From: a virus
Taxonomy: Duplodnaviria > Caudoviricetes
Strand: one strand, 5' to 3'
IMG/VR virus record: IMGVR_UViG_3300021197_001531
Location: 1 to 57,936 of that record
Length of the DNA stretch: 57,936 nucleotides
Part shown: positions 57,609 through 57,936 of the stretch, one piece after another
Numbering within the stretch: the stretch's first letter is position 1
Layout of the letters: every line of letters begins with the position of its first letter
Made by a program: the position numbers and the translations under genes
The notes under the pieces: model-generated
What the model was told of the DNA's origin: nothing
The model's database searches: none
Seen by the model: the letters and a program-made list of their open reading frames with translations, nothing else

Positions 57609-57936
57609 TGGATTATGATTTTTGTGATTGTTGTTCTCCCGCTGAATTGGCCTTTGCGGTGATGAAAGCCAAGAAGGAAAAACCGTTTCATGGTTACAAC
57701 CCAAACAAGCACAGCAAAAAGGGTGGACTGAACGCTAAGGGTCGTGCCGCCGCCAAGCGCAAGAGTGGCGCAAACCTCAAACCTCCTGTGACAACCAAGC
57801 CAAGCAAACTCAAGCCCGGCTCAAAGAAAGCAAAGCGTCGTAAGTCGTTTTGCGCTCGTATGAGCGGTGTCAAAGGCCCGACCAGCAAAGGTGGTAAATT
57901 GACACCAAAGGGAGCATCCTTGAAGCGATGGAACTG
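57608..57936 (+). CDS. Partial small basic protein (DUF6321-like) behind an SPAELAFAVMK tag; absent from the ORF track, runs off the window end
   Basis: Manual translation from ATG overlapping the upstream TGA: MDYDFCDCCSPAELAFAVMKAKKEK..KGGLNAKGRAAAKRKSGANLKPPV..RRKSFCARMSG..SLKRWN. Confidence 0.75.
   Translation, partial: MDYDFCDCCSPAELAFAVMKAKKEKPFHGYNPNKHSKKGGLNAKGRAAAKRKSGANLKPPVTTKPSKLKPGSKKAKRRKSFCARMSGVKGPTSKGGKLTPKGASLKRWN

Noticed and set aside
57694-57888. Minus-strand 64-aa ORF at the window end
   Set aside because: Antisense to a better-supported plus-strand partial gene starting at 57608.
1-57936. tRNA/rRNA genes, integrase, transposase, tail sheath or alternative genetic code
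   Set aside because: None recognised; standard-code ORFs tile the window almost completely. A tRNA scan was not run.

Overview
Gene-dense, almost entirely plus-strand fragment of a tailed dsDNA virus genome (HK97-fold, Caudoviricetes) covering the virion morphogenesis region. Gene order: terminase large subunit (15555-17045), LAGLIDADG protein, portal, a 1895-aa protein with a degenerate DNA-ligase domain, prohead protease/scaffold, major capsid protein, head-tail adaptor, tail completion, tail tube, tail chaperone pair, short tape-measure protein and a 5580-aa tail protein. TATA-box promoters before leaderless ATGs and GGTGA/GAGGTG ribosome-binding sites indicate a euryarchaeal host. From recollection of gene content it most resembles marine 'magroviruses' of Ca. 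Poseidoniales; this is inference, with no database search. Most interesting observations: (1) short Lys-terminated peptide tags (e.g. (S/G)EPMDxA(W/F)xxLK and xVL(I/V)xK) lead or separate unrelated modules in more than 12 proteins and resemble candidate maturation sites in capsid and protease, suggesting a modular capsid-cargo targeting/processing system, with one module bounded by a 36-nt direct repeat; (2) an operon pairing an Arf-like small GTPase with membrane proteins; (3) a likely inactivated ligase fold in the head module; (4) an HMG-CoA lyase auxiliary metabolic gene; (5) an origin-like intergenic region; (6) apparent avoidance of several palindromic tetramers. No tRNA, rRNA or CRISPR array was recognised. 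All functional calls come from motif reading by eye.
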